Shown here one piece after another: positions 44,848 to 54,852 of a DNA stretch of 64,000 bases. Each line of letters starts with the position of its first letter. The stretch's first letter is position 1. The notes below the pieces were generated by a model. It was not told where the DNA came from and did not search any database. It saw nothing but the letters and a program-made list of their open reading frames with translations. The translations under genes were made by a program, and so were the position numbers. Origin of the DNA: Candidatus Thorarchaeota archaeon (GTDB lineage: Archaea; Asgardarchaeota; Thorarchaeia; Thorarchaeales; Thorarchaeaceae); NCBI GenBank assembly GCA_963726195.1, contig CAVSBO010000015.1, positions 1 to 64,000 on the forward strand, given 5' to 3'.

Positions 44848-46056
44848 TTGAGTTATGAACAAGCGACTGTACAATCGAATAGCCAGGGTTTGAAGCTAGG
44901 CACGACCGAGAAGCTCACTCTCGGGTACATCTATCCGCATGCGCCTCTGGAAATCATCATGGCCCACGGCCTGATTCCGTCGTTGGTCCGTGCCAGACCG
45001 GGCGTTGTCGGTGCATTCGAGGCGAGCTTACAAACATTCGCGTGTTCCTACACTCGGAACTTATTCAGTCAACGTGTGAATGACGAGCTTCCTCCCCTGG
45101 CAGCACTATTGTTCCCGGGCAATACCTGCGACTCGCTCCTCAATGTCGGTGATATCTGGCGTATTCGTTATCCTGATGACTTGGTTTTTCGTCTCACATA
45201 CCCTGCGGCCAATCAAGGCGATGCAGGAGTGCGCTTCCTTGCAGATGAAATCAGAAACCTCAGCAGTTCGATAGAGAAGGCTTTCGGACTTCCCTTCTCC
45301 CCCTCTGGATTCGAAGAGGCTGCAAGTATGACTCGGCAGTTCCGAGAAGCATTTCAATTCCTTTACGCAGCAAGGGCCATACTTCCTCAAGTTCTTCCGT
45401 ATTCGAAACTCGTTGCTCTAGTTCATGCATTTCTAATGTCTCCTGACCAGAAGTCAGTAAGTGAAACATTACGTGCTGCTTTGCAGGTTCAACGCGCACT
45501 CACAAAAGCGAAATTGTTGGAGTCGGCTAAGAAGACTCAGGGGCAGCTATTGAAGCGACATCTTTCAAAGACATCTTTTCCACACGACACGAACACACCC
45601 CGACTGGCTGTAGCCGGGGGAATGATTGACCCCGGAGCCTTGGTAGCACTCCTATCTTCTGCAGGCATTTCAGAAAATATGTTAGCCATCGATCTTCTCA
45701 CTTTCGGTTTCAAGACAGCATTCACGTCGCCTTGCCATTTGGAGGGAGACCCATTCGAGAGCGTTGCGAAGTCTATCCTGTCATCTCCTCTGGAACCGAC
45801 ACAAGAAGGTCTCCAAACGCGTCTTGCCCTTTTGAGAGAGATTCTGACAAACCTAGCCATCGATGGCCTAGTCATTTGCGAACAATCATTTTGTGATCCG
45901 GATGAGTTTGAGGCGCCAAGTCTTGAGGCGGAGGCACTGAAATCTGGGGTTTCTGTGCTCCATCTTCCTATCGACCCCGAGCTTTCCGACCGCGAGCGGC
46001 TTGGCGTTCGCCTCCAGAGTTTCCTTGAGACTATCAAATCCAAGAGTCAGAGGTGA
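44848..46056 (+). CDS. 2-hydroxyacyl-CoA dehydratase / benzoyl-CoA reductase family subunit
   Basis: PLEII.A.G, FACSY, NTCDS, FCDPDEFE, RLQSFLE. Confidence 0.85.
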   Translation: MSYEQATVQSNSQGLKLGTTEKLTLGYIYPHAPLEIIMAHGLIPSLVRARPGVVGAFEASLQTFACSYTRNLFSQRVNDELPPLAALLFPGNTCDSLLNVGDIWRIRYPDDLVFRLTYPAANQGDAGVRFLADEIRNLSSSIEKAFGLPFSPSGFEEAASMTRQFREAFQFLYAARAILPQVLPYSKLVALVHAFLMSPDQKSVSETLRAALQVQRALTKAKLLESAKKTQGQLLKRHLSKTSFPHDTNTPRLAVAGGMIDPGALVALLSSAGISENMLAIDLLTFGFKTAFTSPCHLEGDPFESVAKSILSSPLEPTQEGLQTRLALLREILTNLAIDGLVICEQSFCDPDEFEAPSLEAEALKSGVSVLHLPIDPELSDRERLGVRLQSFLETIKSKSQR

Positions 46057-47285
46057 CCGTAGTGGAACAAGAAGAAAGAAGAGCCGAAGAAAAGGTCTAC
46101 AGACAACTACGCACGAATTCGCTCCTGCAGCAGGTCATGTTTCGCTATATGCTTGAGGGTCATGCTGCCAGTGAAGAGGGAAAGCTTGCTTGGGTCACAT
46201 CCGGCTTTCCAGTAGAGATACCCGTGGCAATGGGTGTGGGCGTCAACTATCCAGAACAGTACGGAGCTGTGATTGGATCCCAAAAGGTTGGTCCAGAGAT
46301 TTGCGGTTTCGCGGAAGAGTTGGGTTACTCGCAGGAATTATGCTCGTATGCTCGTTCCAGCATAGGCGCAGCACGCTATCCTGAGAAGAGCCCGCTAGAG
46401 GGACTGCCAAAGCCTCAGGCTTTGCTGGCATGCAACAACATCTGCGGCACAGTCTTGAGATGGTATGATGCCATATCTGAGATGACAGGAGCGCCCGTCT
46501 TTCTCTTCGACACTCCTCCCATACAGGGTGAACAGACGCCTCACCACAGGGAATACGTACGCCAGAGCGTGATGAGGCTTATCGACTTTCTATCAACTAC
46601 TTTCCACGCCAGCTTTTCAGAGGAGCGCCTGCGAGAAGTAGGGGCTCTCTCAGGCAAAGGCATTGACCTGTGGACACGCTCATTGAAGGCCTGCCGAAAC
46701 AGACCAAGCCCGTTGAACTGTGCCGACAGATTCCTCGCAATGGCTCCCATTGTGTCACTGCGGGGCACAGATTTGGCAATCGAGTTCTACCAAGCTCTTC
46801 TCGAAGAGGTGGAGGAACGGGTTGCACAAGGTCTGGGTGCAATACGGGAAGAAAAGATACGATTGCTATGGGACGACATTCCTCCTTGGTTCACTATCTT
46901 TCGGTTCTTCAATGGGCTTGCTGCCAGAGGGGTGGTCTTTCCTGCAGACACGTACACTCATGCTTGGTCGGGTTCACTCAGTGGAGCAGATTTGCTGGAC
47001 AGCGTTGTCTCTGTGTATTCCAATGTCTACCTCAACAAAGGCTTGGAAGCCAAAGTCGACAAGATGTGCGAACTCATTAAGGAATACTCCCTTGACGGCT
47101 TCATCATGTTCTCTGTGCGGTCCTGCAAGCGGTACTCCCTTGGGCAGCTAGTAACCAAGGAACTTGTCATGGAACGTACAGGCGTACCGGGCGTCGTTAT
47201 TGAGGGCGACATGGTCGACAGTCGTCTCTTCAATGATGCCCAGATTCAGACTAGGATTGACGCACTACTTGAGATGTTTGTCTAG
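46053..47285 (+). CDS. 2-hydroxyacyl-CoA dehydratase / benzoyl-CoA reductase family subunit
   Basis: YPEQY, ELCSYARS, NNICG, RSCK, EGDMVDSR, TRIDA. Confidence 0.88.
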   Translation: MTVVEQEERRAEEKVYRQLRTNSLLQQVMFRYMLEGHAASEEGKLAWVTSGFPVEIPVAMGVGVNYPEQYGAVIGSQKVGPEICGFAEELGYSQELCSYARSSIGAARYPEKSPLEGLPKPQALLACNNICGTVLRWYDAISEMTGAPVFLFDTPPIQGEQTPHHREYVRQSVMRLIDFLSTTFHASFSEERLREVGALSGKGIDLWTRSLKACRNRPSPLNCADRFLAMAPIVSLRGTDLAIEFYQALLEEVEERVAQGLGAIREEKIRLLWDDIPPWFTIFRFFNGLAARGVVFPADTYTHAWSGSLSGADLLDSVVSVYSNVYLNKGLEAKVDKMCELIKEYSLDGFIMFSVRSCKRYSLGQLVTKELVMERTGVPGVVIEGDMVDSRLFNDAQIQTRIDALLEMFV

Positions 47286-47296
47286 GTGACAGCGAT

Positions 47297-48076
47297 TTGA
47301 CAAGACATTCATCCATGGGAGTCGGTCTCGACGTTGGGTCAACGACTACCAAAGGTGTGCTAGTCAACTCGTCGACTATGGTCCTCGCTAGTGCACTCAT
47401 ACCCACCGGCTCATCAGCGTCCGTTGCCGCGAGACGAGTGATGGAGGATCTCACACGGGCCTCTGGAAAGGATTTGGCGGGACTGCCCATAGTCAGCACC
47501 GGATATGGAAGAACGTCTGTTGAGTTCGTTCATGACGCCGTGACCGAGATAACTTGCCATAGTATAGGTGTTCACTCGCTGAATCCTGACATTCGCCTCC
47601 TAATCGACGTAGGCGGTCAGGACTCGAAGGTGATTAGGATAGGGCCCAACGGACGACCAACAGACTTTGAGATGAATGACAAATGCAGCGCGGGCACAGG
47701 CAGATTCCTTGAGGTGATGGCCAGAGTTCTCGAGGTGTCTATCGATGACCTAGGTCCACTCGCCCTTCAATCGAATTCACCTTGCGCAATCAGCAGCACA
47801 TGCACAGTGTTTGCTGAGAGCGAGGTCGTGGGCAAGATCGGAACGGGTGTTGCACCTGCTGACATCGCTGCTGGCGTACACTCAGCTATGGCTGCAAAGG
47901 TAGGCGCTCTTGCGAAAAGAGTAGGGCTCGTGACTCCCATCGGTGTGACAGGCGGCGTAGCTCTCAATCCTGCCTTTCGTCACTATCTATCAAAGCAGCT
48001 CAACAGCCCTCTTTGGATGCCAGAAAAGCCTCAGCTGACTGGCGCTCTTGGTGCAGCAATTTTGGCCATCAAGTAA
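47297..48076 (+). CDS. ASKHA-fold dehydratase activase (HgdC/BcrAD/BadFG family)
   Basis: GLDVGSTTTK, TGYGR, EITCH, DVGGQDSK, MNDKCSAGTGRF, STCTVFAESE. Confidence 0.95.
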   Translation: MTRHSSMGVGLDVGSTTTKGVLVNSSTMVLASALIPTGSSASVAARRVMEDLTRASGKDLAGLPIVSTGYGRTSVEFVHDAVTEITCHSIGVHSLNPDIRLLIDVGGQDSKVIRIGPNGRPTDFEMNDKCSAGTGRFLEVMARVLEVSIDDLGPLALQSNSPCAISSTCTVFAESEVVGKIGTGVAPADIAAGVHSAMAAKVGALAKRVGLVTPIGVTGGVALNPAFRHYLSKQLNSPLWMPEKPQLTGALGAAILAIK

Positions 48077-48086
48077 GTCCAGAGTC

Positions 48087-48653
48087 CTATGCTTGGTCCG
48101 CGAGAGCCTTCTCACCCGCCTTGATACCTAACTCAAGGGCCAAGTGATTGATTTTCACGAACTTGGGCCAGCGCTCCTCCATCTGATGCTTGAGACCCTC
48201 AATAGAGATAGCTTTCGTGATTGCCGCGAATGCTCCCATCATTACCACATTTGTTGTCTGCTTGCTTCTGACTTCCTCATCAGCAATTCGTGTCGCGGGC
48301 AGGCTGTACACCTTGACGCCTTGTGGCAGTTCGCCCTCTACAGTCACTAAATCACTGTCGATTATGAGCACACCATTCTCCTTCAAACCGTGAACATATT
48401 CCAGATATGCAGCCCTGCTCATCGCAATGAAGACATCAGGAGCTGTCACTTTCGGGTAATCGATTTCCTCGTCACTGATGACTATCTCGCTCTTGCTCGC
48501 CCCACCGCGCGCTTCTGGACCATAGGATTGGGTCTGGACTACATACTTCTTGTCAAAGAGAGCCGAAGACTCCCCGATTATCACTGCCATCGTGACAATT
48601 CCCTGACCGCCGAATCCTCCGATCCTTATCTCGTAGCGGCTCATACAAATCAC
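48087..48653 (-). CDS. korC: 2-oxoacid:ferredoxin oxidoreductase gamma subunit
   Basis: GFGGQG, QSYGPEARGG.S. Confidence 0.92.
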   Translation of the reverse strand: MICMSRYEIRIGGFGGQGIVTMAVIIGESSALFDKKYVVQTQSYGPEARGGASKSEIVISDEEIDYPKVTAPDVFIAMSRAAYLEYVHGLKENGVLIIDSDLVTVEGELPQGVKVYSLPATRIADEEVRSKQTTNVVMMGAFAAITKAISIEGLKHQMEERWPKFVKINHLALELGIKAGEKALADQA

Positions 48654-49492
48654 TTCCTGACCTTGGCGTGCATCTGTTTCAGGACGTCCGTGTACTCAGG
48701 CTTCTCAATGTCGACGAACTCCCCGCATACTATTCTCTTGTCATACTCAATTTCAGCTTCGTGTGGCGGCAGACCGTTTTGGATGTCCGTGACTTCAAGA
48801 AGGTGCTTATGCATGTCTACGCCTTCACCCAGCTTGTTCATTCTGCCATACGCAGTGGGACATGCGCCGACAATCTCGATGAAAGAGAAGCCCTGTTTTT
48901 TGATTCCCTTCTCGATTGACTTTATCGCACGACGAACTTGAACCGCGGTCCAACGTGCGACAAACGTTGCTCCTGATGATGCAGCCAGCTTAACGAGATT
49001 GAAAGGATGCTCCATGTTCCCGATTGGCGGAGGGCTTGTTTGGGTCAGCTTCTCATGTTCCGTCGTCGGACCGAATTGCCCGCCTGTCATCCCGTAATTC
49101 CAGTTGTTTATGCAGACCACGGTCATGTCTATGTTGCGCCTACAGGCATGGATGAGGTGGTTTCCTCCAATGGCGGCCAAATCGCCGTCGCCAGCAACTA
49201 CGATAACCTCCAACTCGGGGTTCGCGATTTTCACGCCAGTTGCGAAGGGAATAGCTCTTCCGTGCGTCGTGTGAAACGTTCCAGTCTTGAAGTATCCAGA
49301 TGTGCGACCGCTGCAACCGATTCCGGAGACGACCACGACTTTGGAGAAGTCAATGCCAATATTGTCGATAGCCCGTGTAATCATACCAGTAGTTATGCCA
49401 ATCGAGCATCCGGGGCAATAAATCCACGGGAGCCTGTCTTCTCTTATGTACTTGGACATCGGATGCATGAGTACAGCTGGTGTCGTCGTCAC
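48650..49492 (-). CDS. korB: 2-oxoacid:ferredoxin oxidoreductase beta subunit
   Basis: YCPGC, SGIGCS, HGR, GDGD...IGGNH, YGMTGGQ. Confidence 0.95.
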   Translation of the reverse strand: MTTTPAVLMHPMSKYIREDRLPWIYCPGCSIGITTGMITRAIDNIGIDFSKVVVVSGIGCSGRTSGYFKTGTFHTTHGRAIPFATGVKIANPELEVIVVAGDGDLAAIGGNHLIHACRRNIDMTVVCINNWNYGMTGGQFGPTTEHEKLTQTSPPPIGNMEHPFNLVKLAASSGATFVARWTAVQVRRAIKSIEKGIKKQGFSFIEIVGACPTAYGRMNKLGEGVDMHKHLLEVTDIQNGLPPHEAEIEYDKRIVCGEFVDIEKPEYTDVLKQMHAKVRK

Positions 49493-50625
49493 AGGGAGTC
49501 TGCCTCCTTGATTTTCTCGAGAATCTCATCAGGCAGTTGTGGTGTGCCAGCTGGCTTGGTCATTAGATGAATGGGTGTGGGTGCAGCAAATGCCCTGACC
49601 ATGTAATAGACCTGTCCCATGTTCTGTTCCGGGACTATGATGTGCTTGACCTGTGAACCAAGTTCAGAGATGATTCTCTCGGGGAATGGCCACACAGTCT
49701 TCAGCCTCAGCATTCCAACCTTGATACCCTCAGCACGTGCATCTTTGATTGCTTTCCTGGCGCTTCTTGAAGGCGTGCCATACGCCACGATGGCAATGTC
49801 GGCGTCGTCAAGCATGAACCTCTCAACTTCGACTATGTCGTCCACGTGACGCAGTATCTTTTCACTGAGTCGCGTAATCAACTCGATTTGTACTTCGTCG
49901 CTGTCGGAAGGGTATCCTCTCTCGTCATGTGTTAGGCCGGTTGCATAGAACTGATACTTGGTACCAAGCAATGCCATGGGCGGAACAAGGTCCTCATCTG
50001 GCTTGAACGGAAGATACTCGGACGGGTCGACAGTGGGCATCTTTCTGCCCACAAGTTTCAGATCCTTTTCGTCGGGAATGACGAGTTTCTCTCTCATGTG
50101 CCCGACCACTTCGTCAGCCAATATGAAGACCGGTACCCTATACTTCTCGGACAGGTTGAATGCTCTGACCGTCAGGTCGAACATCTCTTGGACTGAGGCA
50201 GGTGTGAGGGCGATTATCTGATAATCACCATGACTGCCCCACTTGGCCTGCAATACGTCGCCTTGCTGTCCGCGGGTGGGCTGACCAGTGCTTGGACCGC
50301 CTCTCATTATGTTCACAATGACAACCGGGGTTTCTGTCATGACTGCGAGACCGACCGCCTCCATCATGAGACTGGCACCGGGACCGGATGTTGCAGTCAT
50401 CGCCTTTGTTCCGGCCCACGAGGCACCCAGCGCGCTCGTTATCGAAGCAATCTCGTCTTCGTACTGAACAAAAGCGCCACCAACTTCAGGCATTCTGACA
50501 GCCATCCACTCGGCGATTTCCGTTGCTGGTGTTATTGGATAGCCGCCAAAGTATCTGCATCCTGCGCTAATCGCGCCTTCCGCGCAGGCAATGTCTCCCA
50601 TTGAGAACATTTCACGCCGAGGCAA
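49489..50625 (-). CDS. korA: 2-oxoacid:ferredoxin oxidoreductase alpha subunit
   Basis: GYPITP, EDEI, TSGPG, RGGPSTG.PT. Confidence 0.95.
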   Translation of the reverse strand: MPRREMFSMGDIACAEGAISAGCRYFGGYPITPATEIAEWMAVRMPEVGGAFVQYEDEIASITSALGASWAGTKAMTATSGPGASLMMEAVGLAVMTETPVVIVNIMRGGPSTGQPTRGQQGDVLQAKWGSHGDYQIIALTPASVQEMFDLTVRAFNLSEKYRVPVFILADEVVGHMREKLVIPDEKDLKLVGRKMPTVDPSEYLPFKPDEDLVPPMALLGTKYQFYATGLTHDERGYPSDSDEVQIELITRLSEKILRHVDDIVEVERFMLDDADIAIVAYGTPSRSARKAIKDARAEGIKVGMLRLKTVWPFPERIISELGSQVKHIIVPEQNMGQVYYMVRAFAAPTPIHLMTKPAGTPQLPDEILEKIKEADSL

Positions 50626-50982
50626 TCAGCCGGTTCCCCCTACCTTTGCAGCATCTCTCTCGAGTTCTGGGATTTTGGTGCCTTCCTGTACTCCATGGCT
50701 GTTGAACACCTCTTCGGCTTCGTCTCTGTCTGCTAGGAATATCGCCATGTCGGGACAAATGAGTTCGCAAAACTGGCAATTTGTACAGCTATCGATGTCA
50801 CATGCCGTGACCGGGTGGTACCCCTTCCGGTTGTACTTATCAGTCAGGCAGAGGACGGTCTTGGGACAGAAACTGATGCACAACTGGCACTGATCGCCTT
50901 TACACCTCTCCTCCAACATAACGAGAACCTTCTCTCGCATCCTGACCGGCTTTGGTGTAATTGGTTTTCTCACGGAAGTCAT
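50626..50982 (-). CDS. korD: 2-oxoacid:ferredoxin oxidoreductase delta (ferredoxin) subunit
   Basis: C-x4-CxxCxxxCP and CxxCxxCxxxCP. Confidence 0.88.
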   Translation of the reverse strand: MTSVRKPITPKPVRMREKVLVMLEERCKGDQCQLCISFCPKTVLCLTDKYNRKGYHPVTACDIDSCTNCQFCELICPDMAIFLADRDEAEEVFNSHGVQEGTKIPELERDAAKVGGTG

Positions 50983-51136
50983 TGAGTACTCACCGACTCC
51001 GTCTCGCTCAGACTGGTCGTCAAGTCGCGGCTATATGAGCCTTACCTTGATGATTCCAGCGAACGGCCCCAGAAAGACCACAGTTAAGAGTCAGCATGAA
51101 GAGGGGTGTGGCAACATCATGGTGCGGTGTTAGGAT

Positions 51137-51601
51137 TTGCCCGACGAAGAGCCTGATGAGGAAGAGCTGGCCAAGTCGCTCAAGGGCAGGACTCTTCGTG
51201 TATACTGGTATATGCTGCGGCACCCCGAGCCTATGACCGCGAGAGAAATCCAGAGAGGTGCCGCCCTCTCCAGCCCATCTCTTTCAATGCATCACCTAGA
51301 GCATCTAAGGCAGCTTGGTCTTGTTGACAAGGACATTCATGGGCAGTACACAGTCAGGCGTGACATCAGAGTTGGCGTTCTCAAGATGTTCGTGGGAAGG
51401 GGCCGCCTGATGGTCCCCCGGTTTCTCTTCTACGCTACTTTCTACACTTCGGTCACAGCTGCTCTCGCTACGATGCTGCTTGCCTACATCGAATGGTATT
51501 CAGGCATTCTGCTCGGTCTTCTCATATCAGCTTGCGCGGTCCTTTGGTACGAGTCTTTCAGAATATGGAGGGAACAGCCATTTCCAGAAGAAGAGGACTG
51601 A
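51137..51601 (+). CDS. Winged-helix regulator with two C-terminal TM helices
   Basis: LKGRTLRVYWY, REIQR....SSPS...HHL..L; PRF.FY followed by hydrophobic tail. Confidence 0.8.
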   Translation: MPDEEPDEEELAKSLKGRTLRVYWYMLRHPEPMTAREIQRGAALSSPSLSMHHLEHLRQLGLVDKDIHGQYTVRRDIRVGVLKMFVGRGRLMVPRFLFYATFYTSVTAALATMLLAYIEWYSGILLGLLISACAVLWYESFRIWREQPFPEEED

Positions 51602-51660
51602 GTTCTAACAATAGAACTAACTGCAGCAGAGCATGGGCTCACACGTCTAGGTCATGGCTT

Positions 51661-52575
51661 ATGGAGCAATCGTTCCGGAGTCCGGTAGCGGGCACCCGCG
51701 CTCACTATGGATGCATGATGATGCTGGCGCTACTTCTGTTGGTTTCGATTTCATCGTTCCATGCCTGCCTGACAAACGCCTCGCCTTCCTTTCTGCCAAT
51801 CGGACACACGCCTTCTAGTAATGATCTCCGTGTCATGCTGACTTACCATTCGAGATGGAACCCTGCTCCGATGCCAGTTCAATCAGATGATGCAATTTCG
51901 GGTGACCACATAATCCTGAATGCCACGTGGCTGCCTCTGGGATTAATCATCAAAACGGAGATTGAGGTGAACGCGACGGCAATTCCAAAGACAATCTCGA
52001 ATGAGAGCAACTCTACTGCAGCATGGATCGACACCAGAAGCCTTGGCAACAATGCCACCTGTGTCATAACTGTGTCCGGGTGGCTGTCCAATGGAACTCT
52101 TGCGAAACAGAAGTTCACGAACGTATTCTTGGGCAACTTCTTCGTGCCTCACGTGAGGGTCACCTCACCGAATGGAGGCGAGCAATGGACAGGAACCCAC
52201 AACATAACGTGGTTTGGGTGGGACAACAACTCTGACGAGCAGCTCACTTACGAAGTCCTTCTCTCATCCGATTCAGGAGCGACCTTTGAACTTCTTGCCA
52301 AAGGACTGAATGATACTTGGTTCACGTGGTACACTCAGGGCTTCCTCAATCTATCGACATACATGATCGAGGTGAGAGTATCCGACGGCATCTACACCAG
52401 CCACGACACCTCTGATGGGCCCTTCACCGCAGGGGATATTCCGGTCGAGACAACTTCGTCCACCACAACAACAGTTGACCACAATCTCATTGTTGAGATA
52501 TTCATCGCAGCGGCCATAATATCAAGTGCCATCATGTCTCTTGTTGTATACTACGCGGCTAAGAGATGGTACTGA
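51661..52575 (+). CDS. Cell-surface protein with Ig-like (SPNGGE) domain, Thr-rich linker and C-terminal TM
   Basis: V.VTSPNGGE.W...NITW, many N-glycosylation sequons, TTSSTTTT, TM followed by KRWY; start uncertain. Confidence 0.75.
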   Translation: MEQSFRSPVAGTRAHYGCMMMLALLLLVSISSFHACLTNASPSFLPIGHTPSSNDLRVMLTYHSRWNPAPMPVQSDDAISGDHIILNATWLPLGLIIKTEIEVNATAIPKTISNESNSTAAWIDTRSLGNNATCVITVSGWLSNGTLAKQKFTNVFLGNFFVPHVRVTSPNGGEQWTGTHNITWFGWDNNSDEQLTYEVLLSSDSGATFELLAKGLNDTWFTWYTQGFLNLSTYMIEVRVSDGIYTSHDTSDGPFTAGDIPVETTSSTTTTVDHNLIVEIFIAAAIISSAIMSLVVYYAAKRWY

Positions 52576-52606
52576 GGAGCCGTCGTGCGGTCGGAAGCGC
52601 AGACGA

Positions 52607-53502
52607 CTAGAGGATGCGGTCGAGAAGTGCTTGAGTGCTGACAACATGCTTGTGGAGTCCGAGATCCTGAGGCTCAAACCCCATTGACAGTCCCAATAGC
52701 TGAGTATAGTAAATCACGGGCAGGTGATACTTGTTCTCTCCTCAGCTCCTTGTTCAGCTCAGCTTGACAGACCTCGAACTGAAGATGGCAGAACGAACAG
52801 ACATCGACAATGCAATCCGCGCCCGCCTCCATCATATTATCGAGTTTCTCTCGTGCAATATCTATGCTGACAGGAACATTGGAGCCGCGTACTCCACCTC
52901 CAGCGCCACAGCACAGGAACTTGTCCTTGTACTTAACGCTCTCGGCTCCTGTGACTTCGACTAGCTCGTCAAGAAATGTCTGTTTCTGAATTTGGTGCCA
53001 AGGTCTCAGACTTGCTTGGCCTCAGAAGGTGACATCCATAGTGTACGCCGACCTTCAAGCCTTTGAGGGGACGCGTAACTCTCTTTCGCAGAGGGTCAAT
53101 CCCCATGCTGTAGATAACCTCGATGAGGTGTTTTGCGTCGACATTTCCCTCGTACTTGAGTCCAACACTCTTGAGGATCTGCTGAACCTCCTTGAGTCGC
53201 TCAGGTTTCTCATGGACTATGTTTAGTGCTTCTTTGAAGGTTCCATAACATCCGTTACAGCCCGTGATGATATCATGGCCTGCTTTCTCTGCCAATGCAA
53301 GATTGCGTGAAGCGAGGGCGAGCCAAGTCCGTTCGCTGAATGATCTTATCACGCCGGGTGCAGGACAACAGCTTGCTCCCTCCAACTCCTCGAAATCTAT
53401 GCCGAGCGCTGGAAGAACAACTCTGATGCTCTTCTCCACATTTGGATAGCGATTTGGCATCACGCATCCAAGGAATAATGAATACGTTTGAGGCGCCGTC
53501 AT
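52607..53502 (-). CDS. hdrB: Heterodisulfide reductase subunit B (frameshifts near 52995 and 52740)
   Basis: FLGC, SCCPAPG, GCNGC, HYGCH, then in other frames CCGAGGGVR, CSFCHLQF, YTQLLGL to TAG at 52607. Confidence 0.88.
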
Positions 53503-53504
53503 CC

Positions 53505-54050
53505 CTACTTAGCCCCTGTTCCCTCTCCTTCTACAAGGGCCTTGAATCCCGTTAGCCTCATTATCTCCTTGACCTGTGCAAGTGCCTCTTCGCTTGAGTG
53601 CGTTGTAGGAGGTATCTCTGGGATACCCAGTTCCCTTCGCATTTCCCGGTTTGCATCGTCCAAGGGCACTGCATGTCCTGTCTGGAGCAGCTTCTGGGCA
53701 GACTTTCGATGCTGAGGAAGCATGAAGCCCTCCTTGACAGCCATATTCCTCATAATGATGATTGCATCTGTGATCTTGATTTGTCTCGGACACCGCTCTA
53801 AGCACGTAAGACATGTGGCACATAACCAAAGGTCTGGAGAACTCAGAACGTCCTCTCTGAGACCGAGCAAGGCTTTGCGAATAAGCTCACGCGTTCTGAA
53901 AGCTGTACGACGACCCGAGGGGCAGACACTTGAGCAAGTTCCACAGGATAGGCAAGTCCGTATCCTGTCTGCACCAGCCTTTTCGATCTTCTCTATGAAT
54001 GTCGGGTCCATGTCGCCGGATGAAATGGTCTCCCGAACGATTTCGCCCAT
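53505..54050 (-). CDS. hdrC: Heterodisulfide reductase subunit C
   Basis: CLSCGTCSSVCP, LWLCATCLTCLERCP, TGHAVP. Confidence 0.93.
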   Translation of the reverse strand: MGEIVRETISSGDMDPTFIEKIEKAGADRIRTCLSCGTCSSVCPSGRRTAFRTRELIRKALLGLREDVLSSPDLWLCATCLTCLERCPRQIKITDAIIIMRNMAVKEGFMLPQHRKSAQKLLQTGHAVPLDDANREMRRELGIPEIPPTTHSSEEALAQVKEIMRLTGFKALVEGEGTGAK

Positions 54051-54282
54051 TGTAAGACCTCTGAACCTGGAGCGGCGGCGGATGTTTCGAGCCTGACGAT
54101 ATAAGCGTTGACATAAGCGAGGCAAAACAGAACTATGTCAGCCGCCTCGGCTAGACTAGCCGCTACCCGTTCGATTCAATCTTTTCGTCTCTGCCCCATA
54201 ACGAATGCATAATAAGAATAGCCGTGAAGCAACGGATAAAAGGCCGAAGCATTTGCTGGTCCGAACGCTCAGGTGCACAAAC

Positions 54283-54852
54283 TTGACGATTGCTGAAGAA
54301 AAACCTCCGGTTGACGTTGACGAGGTGGACCTTGAATTCATCGAAATGATCAAGAAGGCCGGAGGACCGAATATCCAAAGCTGCTACCAATGCGGCACCT
54401 GCTCTGGATCTTGCCCCGCAGGAGCCCGCACGAACTATCTTGTGAGAGGAATCATAAGGAAGGCTCTGCTTGGCCTGAAGAACGAGGTCATCACTGCTCC
54501 TGAGCTTTGGTACTGCACCACCTGCTACATGTGCACGGATCGTTGTCCGCAAGATGTGAAGCCGACCGATGTCATCAAGGCAATCAGAAACGTGGCAGTC
54601 GCAGAGGGGCACATGCTCAAGTCACATCAGGACACTGCCAAGAAAGTGATGGAATCCGGACACGCTGTACCTCTCGACAAGGATACGTGGTCCGAACTGA
54701 GAAAGAAGTCTGGCCTCGAACCCCTGCCTCCCAATGGATCCTCAAGCCCGAAGGTAGCAGAAGAGATTCGTAAGATAGCGAAGAAGAGTGGGTTTGACAA
54801 GCTCATTGGCTACACTGATTCACCACCCGCTGCGGAAAAGAAGGAGAAGTGA
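54283..54852 (+). CDS. hdrC: Heterodisulfide reductase subunit C
   Basis: CYQCGTCSGSCP, LWYCTTCYMCTDRCP; start inferred (TTG after AGGTG). Confidence 0.93.
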   Translation: MTIAEEKPPVDVDEVDLEFIEMIKKAGGPNIQSCYQCGTCSGSCPAGARTNYLVRGIIRKALLGLKNEVITAPELWYCTTCYMCTDRCPQDVKPTDVIKAIRNVAVAEGHMLKSHQDTAKKVMESGHAVPLDKDTWSELRKKSGLEPLPPNGSSSPKVAEEIRKIAKKSGFDKLIGYTDSPPAAEKKEK

